A stretch of DNA of 64,000 nucleotides from Octopus sinensis (lineage: Eukaryota): NCBI RefSeq assembly GCF_006345805.1, contig NC_043004.1, positions 48,360,001-48,424,000 on the forward strand, given 5' to 3'. Under the pieces are notes generated by a model, which was not told the DNA's origin, did no database searches, and was given only the letters and a program-made list of their open reading frames with translations. The number at the start of each line of letters is the position of its first letter. Position 1 is the first letter of the stretch. The position numbers were made by a program, and so were the translations under genes. Below, piece by piece: positions 63,450 to 64,000 of the stretch.

Positions 63450-63859
63450 TATTATAAAAGCTTTTGAATTCCTGTCTGAGTTAACTTTATCTTTTCGATG
63501 GAGATACAGTGAGTCCCAGTCAAATACTGAAATCAGTCTACCCAGCAATACTCTCTTATCTCCACAAGTTGTAACCTTTGTGAAATTTTTAGTTGATGAG
63601 ATTCTGCTTTAGTAGATTCTATCCATCATACAAGAAAGGAAATCAAAGTAAAACCAGCCTGATGTATAAATAGAATACAGAAGTACTAAGTGCTGTAAAC
63701 AATCTAGTATGACATTTCACTGTTCTTGCAGAGGACCACACATATTTAGAAAGAAGAAGAAAAATAGGGTGGGGCAATACTGATTACCTTTTAGAAAGGC
63801 CTCATTGGCATAAATCAAGCAGAAAGTGGGGTTAATTATTAGTTATACCTGGCACTTAA

Positions 63860-64000
63860 CCCTTTTGTGACCATATTTCTGTTGAAATACTGCCTCTATT
63901 TCAAATAATGTTGAAATGATGAAGTTAGAATAATTTCTTCAATAATAAATTTATGTTTGGAACAAAAATTAATGAGAAATTTTACTGGAAAATTTAAATT
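63860..64000. mobile_element. Left end of a probable piggyBac-type MITE cut by the window edge
   Basis: TTAA|CCCTTTTGTGACC start followed by AT-rich body; the other TIR is not visible. Confidence 0.5.

Noticed and set aside
54409-64000. Expected LUFS/LisH exons (VFWDLYCAAPERR..AFHDY and upstream)
   Set aside because: Searched the minus strand by eye and found no matching exon; they are presumed to lie outside the window

Overview
AT-rich, microsatellite- and SINE-laden animal genomic DNA. The repeat landscape (tRNA-derived SINEs with TA/CA cores and AAT/GAT tails, dense dinucleotide tracts) is typical of a coleoid cephalopod, most likely Octopus; the species call is an inference. One protein-coding gene runs on the minus strand: Ssdp (SSDP; SSBP2/3/4 orthologue, the LDB1/Chip cofactor). 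I reconstructed 13 GT-AG exons with consistent phases from 54408 to the stop at 11808 (915 nt, 304 aa): NAAAPSPLGQMPPQDGMPGGPMPGFFT/PPASQPSPHPQPHTPMMGQNQ/PFMSPRFPGGPRAPGPVRMPNQVDFN/PPGGAAGQMSMPNSMDPRP/GHPGIGPMQRMNHPGRMQGPINP/NYGGIRGPPPNSMGPTAPGAMPPMSM/PGGQGNRPWPPTSSS/INYSSASPGSYN/GPPATGGAPGTPIMPSPQ/DSTSSGDGMYGMMKASMPNMAG/FPPMGGPDGGMPMGADMPAVMN/GEMDGMKSSPPNGPGTPREDLPPGSTGEIGGYSLGYQEN/DQNESAAILKIKESMQEEAKRFEKEADHPEYFMP*. The N-terminal LUFS exons were not found and presumably lie beyond 64000. The introns hold several SINE families, hAT, Tigger and piggyBac MITEs with intact TIRs/TSDs, and remnants of mariner, RTE and Penelope elements. The most interesting signals are a possible switch between C-terminal tails in the last intron, several candidate poison microexons and alternative splice sites, an inverted SINE triplet that could form editing-prone dsRNA, and a decayed hammerhead-ribozyme motif. 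I see no evidence for a wholly new multi-gene system. Nearly all ORF-track entries are microsatellite or repeat artefacts.
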